DNA of 64,000 nt. Origin: Bacteroidia bacterium (GTDB lineage Bacteria > Bacteroidota > Bacteroidia > UKL13-3). The notes beneath the pieces were generated by a model. The model was not told the DNA's origin and made no database searches. It worked only from the letters and a program-made list of their open reading frames with translations. How positions within the stretch are numbered: position 1 is the first letter of the stretch; each line of letters begins with the position of its first letter. Shown here piece after piece: positions 1-10,310 of the stretch. The stretch lies in NCBI GenBank assembly GCA_018058135.1, contig JAGPCK010000007.1:1815-65814 (forward strand). The letters run 5' to 3'. Made by a program: the position numbers and the translations under genes.

Positions 1-978
1 GGGTGTACACAGGGTAGAATCAGCAGTAGTTACTCGGGCATCATCAAAGTCGTAAATGTTTACTGGATTCCAGGTGGTTTGTGACGTACCGCAACTGTTT
101 ATGGCCTCTAACCTCACTGTAATATTACAACCTGCCGGGCCTAATCCACGTGGGTAGGTGTGGTATACCGTATCATTTGCACCATATTTAATTTCTGTAA
201 CTCCATCACCATAGCGCCACCTGAAATAGGTAGAGCTGGAAACATTACTGGAGTTATTAATAAAACGCACGGTGTGAGGAGCACACCCACTGTTTTGTCC
301 GGCCGGAGGACCAACGATACCTGCCGTAGGAATACGATTATTGATTACTGTTCCGAAGATGGTGTCGGAACAGCCTCCGTTTAGTGTGCGTATGGCTACA
401 GTGTAGTTGCCTAAGGCGCTATAGGTATGAGAAATGGTAGCCGGTGGGGCCAAACTTGCTCCTGATGAGTTACTTGTTCCATCTCCCCAAACAAAGGTGT
501 AATTATTGAGTGTATTTACTGGTGTTATGGAAAGTACAAACGAGTCTGGGGTGTTAACGAGTGTGATACAGTTTTGCCAAACAGGTGCATAGCTAGCATT
601 TCCGTTACCGTCTTCAACTCGGGGTACTGCTGCAGCAGTTACTGAATGGGTTGATTGTGAAGAATCCATGCATCCCCCAACTGTAATAGCCACCAATCGA
701 ACAGTAAAAGTACCGGGAGTTTTAAAAGGATAAGTGGTAGAGGCAACACCAACAGTAGTATCAACTGCGGTTCCGTTTACCTTCCAAATGTAGGTGGTTG
801 AAGCAGCTAATGCACCGGTGGAGTTATTGGTAAATGTAGCATTGCGGGGCAAACAACTTCCTGATGAGGTGATGCTTAAGTTGGGGCTTAGACCGGTACA
901 GGCAAGTGCATACTTCGATCCACTCAGCATAAGTGTGATGAGAATAAAGCAGCAGACGAACCTGAGTTTAACTTGCAT
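1..978 (-). CDS. PKD-repeat secreted/surface protein, N-terminal 326 aa (partial, runs off the window start)
   Basis: My own reverse-strand translation is open from position 1 to the ATG at 976-978. It is absent from the supplied track because it has no in-window stop. The N-terminus MQVKLRFVCCFILITLMLSG looks like a signal peptide. Repeated PKD-like signatures follow (WGDGTSNS...HTYSALGNYTV; WRYGDG...YHTYP). Confidence 0.7.
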   Translation of the reverse strand, partial: MQVKLRFVCCFILITLMLSGSKYALACTGLSPNLSITSSGSCLPRNATFTNNSTGALAASTTYIWKVNGTAVDTTVGVASTTYPFKTPGTFTVRLVAITVGGCMDSSQSTHSVTAAAVPRVEDGNGNASYAPVWQNCITLVNTPDSFVLSITPVNTLNNYTFVWGDGTSNSSGASLAPPATISHTYSALGNYTVAIRTLNGGCSDTIFGTVINNRIPTAGIVGPPAGQNSGCAPHTVRFINNSSNVSSSTYFRWRYGDGVTEIKYGANDTVYHTYPRGLGPAGCNITVRLEAINSCGTSQTTWNPVNIYDFDDARVTTADSTLCTP

Positions 979-1035
979 TGTCAAATTAAAAATGCCCGCA
1001 AATATGCGAAATTTAAGGGTGAAAATTCAAAGTCA

Positions 1036-1680
1036 TTACTTTCTGCGTGCCAGCAAAAGTCCGTCTCGTATGGGAACCAGCACTACTTCCATACGGTCAT
1101 CCGATGACACCTTTTTGTTAAAGGCATCCAATAGTTTAGTTGTATTATCTTTGGTTAAAGCAGCAGCATCTGTAACTTTCCCGCTCCACAGCACATTATC
1201 CGCAATCAACAATCCGCCTGAGGGCATCTTATCAATAACCAGGTCGTAATACGTGATGTAGTTTTCCTTATCAGCATCTATAAACACTAGATCAAATGGT
1301 CCTTGTAGTGATGGTATTATGGTTAAAGCATTGCCTATGTGGTAAATAATTTTTGAGCTGAAATCAGATGTGTCAAAATATTTTCGGGTGCGTTCTTCCA
1401 GTTCTTCGTTGATGTCAATAGTATGTAAAACCCCCTTTTCAGCAAGCCCCTCTGCCAAACATAAGGCGGAGTAACCTGTGTACGTGCCTATTTCCAGAAT
1501 TTGTTGGGGACGTATTAAATGACTCAGCAGGCTCAGAAACCGCCCTTGCAAATGCCCTGATAGCATACGTGGACTCATTACATTGGCATGTGTATCTCGG
1601 TTGAGTTGCTGTAGCAAATTAGGCTCAGGACTGCTGTGTATTTCAGCGTATTCACTTAATTTTTCGTCAATAAATTCCAT
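1036..1680 (-). CDS. Class I SAM-dependent O-methyltransferase (family 3, YrrM/TrmR-like)
   Basis: 214-aa ORF. SAM-binding motif ILEIGTYTGYSAL, later DLVFIDADKENY and LLIADNVLW, typical of caffeoyl-CoA-type O-methyltransferases. Confidence 0.8.
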   Translation of the reverse strand: MEFIDEKLSEYAEIHSSPEPNLLQQLNRDTHANVMSPRMLSGHLQGRFLSLLSHLIRPQQILEIGTYTGYSALCLAEGLAEKGVLHTIDINEELEERTRKYFDTSDFSSKIIYHIGNALTIIPSLQGPFDLVFIDADKENYITYYDLVIDKMPSGGLLIADNVLWSGKVTDAAALTKDNTTKLLDAFNKKVSSDDRMEVVLVPIRDGLLLARRK

Positions 1681-1841
1681 TTCACGCTAGTAAGAAAAGT
1701 CCAACTAAGTTAATCTTTTTATTTGAATAGCAGAATATTTTCAGAATAAATTTCGTTTTGGTTACTGTTTACAGCAATAAGGGATTTTTATAACCCGATA
1801 CTCTGTTTATATTTGCCCGTTACTAATCACAATTATTACGC

Positions 1842-4800
1842 ATGAAAAAATATAATCTGGTAAACGTAATTATGGGTTGGATCACTTTTGTGATAGCCTT
1901 GGTTACCTACACCTTAACCCTTGAGCCAACAGCCAGTTTCTGGGATTGCGGAGAGTTTATTTCAGCCTCCTATAAATTGCAGGTGGTGCATCCCCCCGGT
2001 GCTCCTCTCTTTTTGCTTATAGGGCGTTTATTCTCATTTATGGCCATGGGAGATCTTACTCAGGTGGCCCGTTGGGTAAACATGGTTTCGGCAGTAACCA
2101 GCGCGCTTACCGTGTTATTTATGTTCTGGACCATCACGCATTTAGCTAAAAAGATTGTTGCCAAAAATGCTGAAGAGGTTAATGATTGGCAATTATACAG
2201 CATCATTGGTGCCGGTTTGGTAGGAGCTTTAGGTCTTACTTTCTCTGACACATTTTGGTTCTCTGCAGTTGAGGCTGAAGTATATGCTTCTTCCTGCTTT
2301 TTTACTGCTATCACTTTCTGGTGCATTCTTAAATGGGAAAATGTGGCAGATGAAAAACATGCCGACCGTTGGTTAATACTCATCGGCTACCTGTGCGGAT
2401 TAGCTATTGGCGTCCACTTACTGAACTTGCTGGTGTTGCCTGCTGTGGTTTATGTGTATTACTTCAGAAAGTACGAAGCCTCTTCGTGGGGTATTATTAA
2501 AGCCTCGCTTATTGCTTTTGCAACCATTGGTATAGTACAGTTTGCCATCATTCCTGGTTTGCCTGCTATGTGTGCCAAATTTGATCTGATGTTTGTAAAT
2601 GGCTTCGGAATGCCTTTCGGCAGCGGAGTGTTGGCCTTCGGCATTCTGCTCGCAGCCATGATTGTTGCTGCTATTATGTACAGCATTAAAAAAGGAAACG
2701 TTACACTTAATACCGCTATACTGGCTTTCTCATTTATCATTATCGGATATTCTTCTTATGCTATGATTGTGATTCGTTCACTTTCTGATCCACCATTAGA
2801 CATGAACAATCCGGAGAATCCATATACTTTAATTTCGTACATCAATCGTGAACAGTATGGCGATCGCCCTTTGTTGCATGGACAGCATTATACTGCTAAA
2901 TACATCGATACCAAAGAGGGTGCTATGCAGTACCGCAAAGGCGTTGATAAATATGAAGAGATTGGTCCTAAAGTTGAACCGGTATGGGAACCTGAACATA
3001 CCACCTTTTTCCCGCGTATGTGGAGTAACCGGGCCGATCACGTGCAGGCTTACCAGCAATGGGAAAAAATTCCGGAAGGCAAAAAGCCGTCATTCGCTAA
3101 AAATATTGACTTCCTTTTTGATTACCAGTTGGGCTTTATGTACTGGCGTTATTTCTCCTGGAACTTTATTGGTCGCCAGAATGATGAACAAGGCCACGGT
3201 GAGCTTACTTCAGGTAACTGGGAAAGTGGTGTCAAGTTTATTGACAAAGCCCGAATCGGTCCGCAGGATAATTTACCGGTTGATTTAGCTAATAACAAAG
3301 GAAAGAACCACTACTATTTTTTACCTTTAATACTCGGGTTGTTGGGATTTGCTTTCCAATATATAAAAGCACGCGAAGATGCATTTGTGATTACACTCTT
3401 GTTTTTGTTTACAGGAGTATTCATCATCATCTACCTGAACTTTCCTCCGCTCCAACCACGTGAACGAGATTATGCCTACGTTGGATCTTATCAAACCTTC
3501 TTTATTTGGGTTGGTTTGGGTGTGTTGTTTATTATGGATTGGCTGGGCCGAAAAGCGAATAAAACTGTAGCAGCATTGGCAGCAACAGCAATCGGATTGT
3601 TGGTTGCACCAGGAATATTAGCCAAAGAAAACTGGGACGATCACGACCGTTCCAACCGTTTTACAGCTTTGGATTTCGCAAAAGATTATCTGAACTCTTG
3701 TGCTAAAAATGCAGTACTCTTTACTAACGGTGATAATGATACCTATCCCTTGTGGTATGCACAAAACGTGGAAGCTATTCGCACAGATATTCGCGTAATT
3801 AATCTCAGTTTGTTGAATACAGATTGGTATGCTGACGGGCTGAAGAAAAAAGTATACGATTCAGAGCCTGTGCCTTTCTCACTTAAATCCGAACAATACA
3901 TTCAGGGTTTGCGTGATTATGTGGTGTATTATGAGAACAGAGACTTGGGCATTAATCCGAACGGTTTCTACAATCTGAAAGAGGTTATTGAATTTATAGG
4001 AAACGATAAAGATCAGCGCACCAAGGTGCAATCCAACAGCGGTGAAAGCTTGAGCTATTACCCTACTAAAAACTTCTTCATTCCTATTAATAAAGAGCAA
4101 CTCATCAAAAACGGAACAGTTCACTCTAAAGACGTGGATAAAGTGGTTGACTCGATTATGTTCACCGTGAACAGAAATACGTTGATGAAGAACGACCTGA
4201 TTACATTGGATTTTATTGCCACCAACAATTGGGAGCGTCCGGTATACTTTGCCATTACTACAGGTTCTGAGGCTTACCTCAATCTGGAAGCTTACTTCCA
4301 GTTAGAAGGCCTTACTTACCGTTTGGTGCCTATACGAACCGAAATGGGTCAGGACCGCGAAATAGGTCATATCAATACCGATATCATGTACGATAACCTC
4401 ATGAATAAATTTGTATGGGGCAACATGGATAAGGACGGCATTTATCTAGATGAAACTATTCTGCGTCAGACAAAAAATATGCGCAACCTGTTCTATCGTT
4501 TGGCTAAAAAATTAGTAGATGAAGGGCAAAAGGAAAAAGCGATAAAAGTGTTGGACAAATGCATAGAAGTGATGCCGGAGAAAAATGTTCCGTATGATGT
4601 GTTCATGATTCGTATTATCGAAGGATATTATTTAGCTGGGGCTAAAGAGAAGGCTGCCTCACTTAACAAACGTTTGGCAGAAATTTACAAAGGCAAGTAT
4701 ACCTACTTTACCAGCTATAGAGGTACTAAACTGGTGAAACGTGTAGAAAGTAATATCAATGAATCTTATCAGGTAATTGGCTATTGCCAGCAAATTGCCA

Positions 4801-4871
4801 ATATGTATGGTGATAAAGCTACTGCCGATGAGGTACAGAAAATTTTGAACGGCTTGCAACAGCCCATGTAA
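1842..4871 (+). CDS. DUF2723-family (GT-C-like, TMEM260-type) polytopic membrane glycosyltransferase-like protein
   Basis: 1009-aa ORF. N-terminal motif TLEPTASFWDCGEFISASYKLQVVHPPGAPLF is characteristic of DUF2723. It has many TM segments and a TPR-like C-terminal tail. Confidence 0.75.
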   Translation: MKKYNLVNVIMGWITFVIALVTYTLTLEPTASFWDCGEFISASYKLQVVHPPGAPLFLLIGRLFSFMAMGDLTQVARWVNMVSAVTSALTVLFMFWTITHLAKKIVAKNAEEVNDWQLYSIIGAGLVGALGLTFSDTFWFSAVEAEVYASSCFFTAITFWCILKWENVADEKHADRWLILIGYLCGLAIGVHLLNLLVLPAVVYVYYFRKYEASSWGIIKASLIAFATIGIVQFAIIPGLPAMCAKFDLMFVNGFGMPFGSGVLAFGILLAAMIVAAIMYSIKKGNVTLNTAILAFSFIIIGYSSYAMIVIRSLSDPPLDMNNPENPYTLISYINREQYGDRPLLHGQHYTAKYIDTKEGAMQYRKGVDKYEEIGPKVEPVWEPEHTTFFPRMWSNRADHVQAYQQWEKIPEGKKPSFAKNIDFLFDYQLGFMYWRYFSWNFIGRQNDEQGHGELTSGNWESGVKFIDKARIGPQDNLPVDLANNKGKNHYYFLPLILGLLGFAFQYIKAREDAFVITLLFLFTGVFIIIYLNFPPLQPRERDYAYVGSYQTFFIWVGLGVLFIMDWLGRKANKTVAALAATAIGLLVAPGILAKENWDDHDRSNRFTALDFAKDYLNSCAKNAVLFTNGDNDTYPLWYAQNVEAIRTDIRVINLSLLNTDWYADGLKKKVYDSEPVPFSLKSEQYIQGLRDYVVYYENRDLGINPNGFYNLKEVIEFIGNDKDQRTKVQSNSGESLSYYPTKNFFIPINKEQLIKNGTVHSKDVDKVVDSIMFTVNRNTLMKNDLITLDFIATNNWERPVYFAITTGSEAYLNLEAYFQLEGLTYRLVPIRTEMGQDREIGHINTDIMYDNLMNKFVWGNMDKDGIYLDETILRQTKNMRNLFYRLAKKLVDEGQKEKAIKVLDKCIEVMPEKNVPYDVFMIRIIEGYYLAGAKEKAASLNKRLAEIYKGKYTYFTSYRGTKLVKRVESNINESYQVIGYCQQIANMYGDKATADEVQKILNGLQQPM

Positions 4872-4890
4872 AATAACAACTGAATTAATC

Positions 4891-4926
4891 AAAGGCCGGT
4901 GAGTTATCACCGGCTTTATTTTTTTT
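4891..4926 (+). terminator. Rho-independent terminator after the DUF2723 gene
   Basis: Perfect 8-bp stem GCCGGTGA / TCACCGGC (4895-4902 / 4907-4914) with loop GTTA, followed by a T-rich run ending at 4926. Confidence 0.75.
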
Positions 4927-5685
4927 ATGTACAACAAGAAGCACATCGACAAATCGCAACTTATTTATGGCACACGTGCCATAATGGAGGCCCTTGAAAA
5001 AGGAAAGGAGCTGGAAAAAATACTGATTCAAAAAGGTGTGCAGGGCGATGTGGTAGGAGAAATCATACGCATTGCCTATGAGGCCAAAGTACCTTATCAG
5101 TTTGTGCCCAGAGAAAAGTTTTATGATTTTGGTAACGCCAACCACCAAGGTGTTGTAGCTTACATATCACCTGTGCAGTTTCAGTTTGTGGAAGATATTA
5201 TACCCATGGTATATGAGCAAGGGCGTACACCCTTGGTACTTGTACTTGACCGTGTAACGGACGTACGTAATTTTGGTGCGATATGCCGCAGCGCATTGGC
5301 CGGCTCTGTGGATGTGGTGGTAATCCCTGACCGTGGCTCTGCCCGCATCAGTGAAGATGCGGTAAAAACCTCTGCAGGGGCTTTGTTGACGGTGCCCGTG
5401 TGTCGCTCGTTCAATATGAAAATTACACTCGATTATTTAAAAGACAGCGGCCTTCAGATAGTTGGATGTACAGAAAAAGGAGACCGCGAAATAAGCAAGG
5501 TTGACTTTAGTATTCCCACTGCAATTATTATGGGAAGTGAAGAAGACGGTATTTCACCAGAGTACCTTAAAAAGTGTGATGCGAAAGCCAAAATACCTAT
5601 GCTGAATCAGATAGGTTCACTCAACGTATCTGTATCCGCAGGGATAATTCTTTACGAGGTAGCCAAACAAAGGTTGAAAATATAA
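4927..5685 (+). CDS. rlmB: SpoU/TrmH-family 23S rRNA (Gm2251) 2'-O-methyltransferase
   Basis: 252-aa ORF with an N-terminal substrate-binding region (IYGTRAIMEAL). SpoU motifs are present: LVLDRVTDVRNFGAICRSA, IMGSEEDGIS, SLNVSVSAGIILYE. Confidence 0.75.
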   Translation: MYNKKHIDKSQLIYGTRAIMEALEKGKELEKILIQKGVQGDVVGEIIRIAYEAKVPYQFVPREKFYDFGNANHQGVVAYISPVQFQFVEDIIPMVYEQGRTPLVLVLDRVTDVRNFGAICRSALAGSVDVVVIPDRGSARISEDAVKTSAGALLTVPVCRSFNMKITLDYLKDSGLQIVGCTEKGDREISKVDFSIPTAIIMGSEEDGISPEYLKKCDAKAKIPMLNQIGSLNVSVSAGIILYEVAKQRLKI

Positions 5686-5711
5686 AGGAAGAGAGTGTGT
5701 GAAAATAAATA

Positions 5712-6797
5712 CTAAATGTATTTCTCTCCGAACTTAAGTTTCATTTCGGTTACAATCTGTTTCACTTCCTGTTCTTTATTACGGTCGCATACCAGCAACA
5801 CATCATCGGTATCTACCACAATCAAATCTTTTACGCTATTAAGCACAACAATTTTTTTATTTCCGGCATGCACCAAACATTGTGTTGTGTTGTATACGTG
5901 CACATTTTTGCCGTTTACAGCATTGTGGTTTTCATCTTTATTATGGATGCTGTATAAAGAAGCCCAAGTGCCTAAATCACTCCAGCCGAAATCGCTGGGG
6001 ATTACATAAACATTGGCTGCTTTTTCCATTACTGCATAGTCAATGGAAATGTTTTTACACAACTCATACGTACGGGTTACTACGACTTTTTCTTCACCGG
6101 TACCTAATGCAGGGGCTGCTTCCAGAAACAATTGATACACGTCATTGCAGTAGTTTTCCATTGACTCAAGAATACCTTTTACGCTCCAGATAAAAATCCC
6201 CGCGTTCCATAAAAAATCTCCACTTTCAATAAAGGTTTCAGCCAGTTCCAAAGAGGGCTTTTCAGTAAACGTTTTTACCTTTTTAATATGTGTGCCGTTG
6301 TAATCAATGTATTGAATATACCCGTATCCTGTATCTGGTCGGCTGGGCATTACACCCAGGGTAAGCAAAGCATTTTCCTGGTCCAGAAAATCGAACCCTT
6401 GTTTTACAGATTTAAAAAAACTTGTTTCATCCAGTATAAGGTGGTCGGATGGAGCAACAATACAACGCGCTTCAGGGTTAATGTTTTGAATGCGAAACGA
6501 TGCATAGGCAATACAGGCGGCTGTATTTTTTGCCAATGGTTCACCCAAAATGCAGGCATCATCCATATCCGGAACCTGTTGTTTTATCAACGGCCGGTAA
6601 ATTTCATTGGCAACAATAAAGATGTTTTCTTTGTTGAACTCTTTTAGAAAACGCTTGTAGGTTTGTTGTAATAGTGAGGTGCCGGTTCCTAAAATATCGA
6701 GAAACTGTTTCGGATAACTTGTTCTGCTCACCGGCCAAAAACGTGATCCTACACCACCGGCCATAATTATTACATAGTTGTTTTTATTCTTACTCAT
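5712..6797 (-). CDS. Mannose-1-phosphate guanylyltransferase (GDP-mannose pyrophosphorylase)
   Basis: The ORF contains the nucleotidyltransferase signature IIMAGGVGSRFWPVSR and FTEKP. The track start at 6806 is a TTG, and the first ATG (MSKNKNNYVIIMAGG) is at 6795-6797. Confidence 0.8.
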   Translation of the reverse strand: MSKNKNNYVIIMAGGVGSRFWPVSRTSYPKQFLDILGTGTSLLQQTYKRFLKEFNKENIFIVANEIYRPLIKQQVPDMDDACILGEPLAKNTAACIAYASFRIQNINPEARCIVAPSDHLILDETSFFKSVKQGFDFLDQENALLTLGVMPSRPDTGYGYIQYIDYNGTHIKKVKTFTEKPSLELAETFIESGDFLWNAGIFIWSVKGILESMENYCNDVYQLFLEAAPALGTGEEKVVVTRTYELCKNISIDYAVMEKAANVYVIPSDFGWSDLGTWASLYSIHNKDENHNAVNGKNVHVYNTTQCLVHAGNKKIVVLNSVKDLIVVDTDDVLLVCDRNKEQEVKQIVTEMKLKFGEKYI

Positions 6798-6820
6798 TCG
6801 CTGCAAATCTTTCTGTTCAG

Positions 6821-7783
6821 TTATATAATACCTTCTCTGTTCAGGTCATGTATATGTACCATGCCTTTATAAGTGCCTTTACTCAGCACAATCATTTGTG
6901 AAACTTTATTTTCGCGCATAAGCCCTAAGGCGTCAATGGCCATTTCTTCTTCATCAATGGTGCGGGGCTGCTTGTGCATAATCTCCGCAGCAGTTAAATC
7001 ATTGCGATACAACTCGGCTTCCAGCATACGCCTGATGTCTCCGTCTGTAATTACACCCACCAGTTCATTGTTGTCTATTACGGCTGTTGCACCTAAGCGT
7101 TTGCGGGTAATTTCAATAATCACATCTTTAATTAAAGCATCAGAACTTACCTGAGGAGCCATGGTGCTTAATACGTCTTTCACCTTCAGGTAAAGCCTTT
7201 TGCCCAAAGCACCACCCGGATGGTATTTGGCAAAGTCCTGAGCTGTAAAGTTGCGGCACTTTAATAAACTTACAGCCAAGGCATCACCCAAAGCCAGCTG
7301 AACGGTGGTGCTGGTGGTAGGAGCCAGGTTATTGGGGCAGGCTTCCTTGTCAACAGTACAATCCATAATGAAATCACTTTGAACAGCGAGGTATGACGAT
7401 AAGTCACCAACCAGGCCAATAAGTTTGTTACCACCTTTTTTCAGCAGCGGCACCAGCACTCGTATTTCAGGGGTGTTGCCACTTTTCGAAATGCAAATCA
7501 CCACATCATTCTGCTGGATGATGCCCAAATCACCGTGAATAGCATCAGCAGCATGCATAAAAACAGAAGGTGTTCCGGTGCTGTTTAAGGTAGCCACAAT
7601 TTTTTGAGCAATTATGGCGCTTTTGCCTATTCCCGTAATTACTACGCGGCCATTAGAATTTAAAATAAGTTTTACGCAATCTGCAAAACTGGTATTAACT
7701 TTGTCAATTGATTTGCGGATTGCATCAGCTTCAATCTGAAGCGTCTCAATGGCAGTTTTCAGTATAGCGCTATCCTGTTGCAA
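6821..7783 (-). CDS. KpsF/GutQ-family arabinose-5-phosphate isomerase (SIS + tandem CBS domains)
   Basis: 320 aa. SIS motif VVITGIGKSAIIAQKIVATLNSTGTPS, then SKSGNT, followed by a C-terminal CBS pair. The start codon is an apparent TTG. Confidence 0.8.
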   Translation of the reverse strand: MQQDSAILKTAIETLQIEADAIRKSIDKVNTSFADCVKLILNSNGRVVITGIGKSAIIAQKIVATLNSTGTPSVFMHAADAIHGDLGIIQQNDVVICISKSGNTPEIRVLVPLLKKGGNKLIGLVGDLSSYLAVQSDFIMDCTVDKEACPNNLAPTTSTTVQLALGDALAVSLLKCRNFTAQDFAKYHPGGALGKRLYLKVKDVLSTMAPQVSSDALIKDVIIEITRKRLGATAVIDNNELVGVITDGDIRRMLEAELYRNDLTAAEIMHKQPRTIDEEEMAIDALGLMRENKVSQMIVLSKGTYKGMVHIHDLNREGII

Positions 7784-7914
7784 TTCAAGTGTGATTAAAT
7801 GATTTCGTGGCGCAAAGTAAATATTTTGAAAGTAAATTTTTTGGATTGATTTAAAATGTTATATCTTTATTAGCGATAATAACGTTTTTTTTCAGCAGAT
7901 AAGACAGAAGTGAT

Positions 7915-10107
7915 ATGGCAGTTACAGTAAAACATGATCTCAAGAGCGCTCTCAAGAAGTACTTTGGTTTTGAGACTTTTAAAGGTATTCAGGAAGACAT
8001 TATAAAGAACGTACTCAATGGCAAAGACAGTTTTGTTATTATGCCTACAGGAGCTGGTAAATCTTTGTGCTTTCAGTTGCCGGCCTTGATGATGGATGGA
8101 ACAGCCATCGTGATCTCACCACTTATTGCTCTGATGAAGAACCAGGTAGACCAAATCAGAGCCTTTGGGAGTAATGAAACTGCAGCTCACTTTCTGAACT
8201 CTTCCCTCACCAAAGCAGAGATTATGAAGGTGAAAGAAGACATTCTGGCCAATAAAACCAAATTACTTTACGTAGCCCCGGAAACACTGAAGAAGGATGA
8301 AACGGTTGATTTCCTGAAGCAAATCAAAATTTCTTTCGTGGCGGTGGATGAAGCGCACTGTATTTCAGAGTGGGGACATGATTTTCGTCCGGAGTACAGA
8401 CGCATCAAACAGATTGTAAAAGACATTAAGGATGTGCCCATGATGGCACTTACCGCAACAGCCACTCCTAAAGTACAGGCTGATATTCAGAAAAACCTGC
8501 AAATGCTGGATGCTGAGGTGTTCAAAACATCCTTCAACCGCCCTAACCTGTATTATGAGGTACGTCAGAAAGGCAAAAAGGATAAAGTGCTTAAGGAAAT
8601 TGTGGCTTACATCAAGCAAAGGGATAAAAAGTCAGGAATTATTTATTGCCTGAGCCGTAAGAAAGTAGAAGAAATTGCAGAAGTACTCAACCTCAACGGA
8701 GTTAAGGCACTCCCGTACCATGCCGGATTGGACGCTAAAACCCGTGCCAGCCATCAAGATAAGTTCTTGATGGAAGATGTGGATGTAATTGTAGCCACCA
8801 TTGCATTCGGAATGGGTATTGACAAACCGGACGTTCGCTTTGTGATTCACTACGATGTACCTAAGAGTTTGGAAGGATATTACCAGGAAACCGGTCGTGC
8901 GGGACGTGACGGGCTCGAAGGTGATTGTTTGCTATTCTACAACCCGGCTGATATTGAGAAGCTAGAGAAATTTATGAAAGACAAACCTGTTTCAGAACGT
9001 GAAATAGGAGAACAACTGATATTTGAAACACAATCATATGTAGAATCATCCGGCTGCCGCAGAAGAATTCTGCTTCATTATTTCGGTGAAGAATTTGACC
9101 AAAAGAATTGTGGTAAAAAGTGCGATAACTGCCGCCACCCTAAAGAGCAGCAGGAAGTTACTAAAGACATGATTCAGGCTTTGCAGGTTATTCAGCTACT
9201 TAAAGGCAAGTTTAACCTCAAGCACACAGTGGATGTGATTACCGGAACCAAAAGCCAGGCAGTAATGGATTATGAGCACCACAACCTGGAGTGTTTTGGT
9301 TTAGGTAAAGCCAAAGACCCTCTGTTCTGGAAATCAGTTATACGCACAGCCTTATTAGCCGGTTTTGTAACCAAAGACATTGAAAGCTACGGACTGCTTA
9401 AAATGAACGAGAAGGGCGATGTGTACCTTAAAAAGCCTACTCCGGTATTTATTGCACTCGATACCAAATTTGAAAAGGTATCGGAAGATGATGACAATGC
9501 CGAAATAGAGAATTTCTATGATGAGGTACTCTTTGCTCAACTGAAAGAACTTCGTAAAAAGGTGGCCAAGCAGAAAGGGTTGCCGCCTTACATCATATTC
9601 CAAGACCCCTCTTTGGAAGATATGGCCTCCAAATACCCCATTACCATGTCGGAATTATCGCAGGTATTCGGTGTTACGGCCAGCAAAGCACAAAAATTCG
9701 GTAAGCCGTTTTTAGAACTGATTGAAGCTTACGTAAAAGAAAACGATATTGAGCGTTCAGAGGATTTAGTGATTAAATCTGCGGTAAACAAATCAGGTAA
9801 AAAAGTAGCCATTATCCAGAATATTGACCGCAAGATTAATCTCGAAGACATCAGCCGTTCGCAAGGTATTAGCCGCGATGAACTCGTAGCTGAGATTGAG
9901 GGTATGGTGTACAGCGGTACAAAACTTAACCTCAAATATTACATCAACACCATATTGGATGAAGATGTGCAGCAGGATATTTTCGATTATTTCAAAAGTA
10001 GTGAATCTGATTCGCTTGACTTAGCCATCAAAGAGTTTGACAACGAAATAAGCAAAGAAGATTTACAACTGATGCGTATTCAGTTTATATCTGAACTGGC
10101 TAACTAA
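7915..10107 (+). CDS. recQ: ATP-dependent DNA helicase RecQ
   Basis: 730 aa. Motifs: FGFETFKGIQ, PTGAGKSLCFQLPA (motif I), VAVDEAHCISEWGHDFRPEY (DEAH), the Zn-binding cysteine cluster CRR...CGKKCDNC, and an HRDC-like region. Confidence 0.92.
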   Translation: MAVTVKHDLKSALKKYFGFETFKGIQEDIIKNVLNGKDSFVIMPTGAGKSLCFQLPALMMDGTAIVISPLIALMKNQVDQIRAFGSNETAAHFLNSSLTKAEIMKVKEDILANKTKLLYVAPETLKKDETVDFLKQIKISFVAVDEAHCISEWGHDFRPEYRRIKQIVKDIKDVPMMALTATATPKVQADIQKNLQMLDAEVFKTSFNRPNLYYEVRQKGKKDKVLKEIVAYIKQRDKKSGIIYCLSRKKVEEIAEVLNLNGVKALPYHAGLDAKTRASHQDKFLMEDVDVIVATIAFGMGIDKPDVRFVIHYDVPKSLEGYYQETGRAGRDGLEGDCLLFYNPADIEKLEKFMKDKPVSEREIGEQLIFETQSYVESSGCRRRILLHYFGEEFDQKNCGKKCDNCRHPKEQQEVTKDMIQALQVIQLLKGKFNLKHTVDVITGTKSQAVMDYEHHNLECFGLGKAKDPLFWKSVIRTALLAGFVTKDIESYGLLKMNEKGDVYLKKPTPVFIALDTKFEKVSEDDDNAEIENFYDEVLFAQLKELRKKVAKQKGLPPYIIFQDPSLEDMASKYPITMSELSQVFGVTASKAQKFGKPFLELIEAYVKENDIERSEDLVIKSAVNKSGKKVAIIQNIDRKINLEDISRSQGISRDELVAEIEGMVYSGTKLNLKYYINTILDEDVQQDIFDYFKSSESDSLDLAIKEFDNEISKEDLQLMRIQFISELAN

Positions 10108-10196
10108 TTACAGTCAGTGTTTTTGCTCTACTTCCGGGATAAAAAAAGTACTGAAAAAATCTTCAAAAGTAGGTTGCACATTAAAATGTGAAGCCT

Positions 10197-10204
10197 TACC
10201 TTTG
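10197..10204 (+). promoter_or_regulatory. Bacteroidota -7 promoter box (TAnnTTTG) for tRNA-Gln
   Basis: TACCTTTG lies 9 nt upstream of the tRNA 5' end. A TTG at 10174-10176 is at an appropriate -33 spacing. Confidence 0.5.
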
Positions 10205-10212
10205 CGCCTCAT

Positions 10213-10285
10213 TGTCCGATGGTGTAACTGGCAACACGTCTGATTTTGGTTCAGAAGAGTCTAGGTTCGAGCCCTAGTCGGACAA
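10213..10285 (+). tRNA. tRNA-Gln (anticodon TTG)
   Basis: Hand-folded cloverleaf. Acceptor TGTCCGA/TCGGACA, D stem GTGT/ACAC, anticodon stem TCTGA/TCAGA with loop TTTTGGT, T arm CTAGG-TTCGAGC-CCTAG. Discriminator A is followed by an encoded CCA. Confidence 0.9.
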
Positions 10286-10310
10286 CCAAACCCTTTAATA
10301 CTCAACACAA

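Noticed and set aside
160-1249. Plus-strand ORFs 160-384 and 794-1249
   Set aside because: They are antisense to the open PKD-repeat gene (1-978) and to the O-methyltransferase. Their products are low-complexity with no motif.
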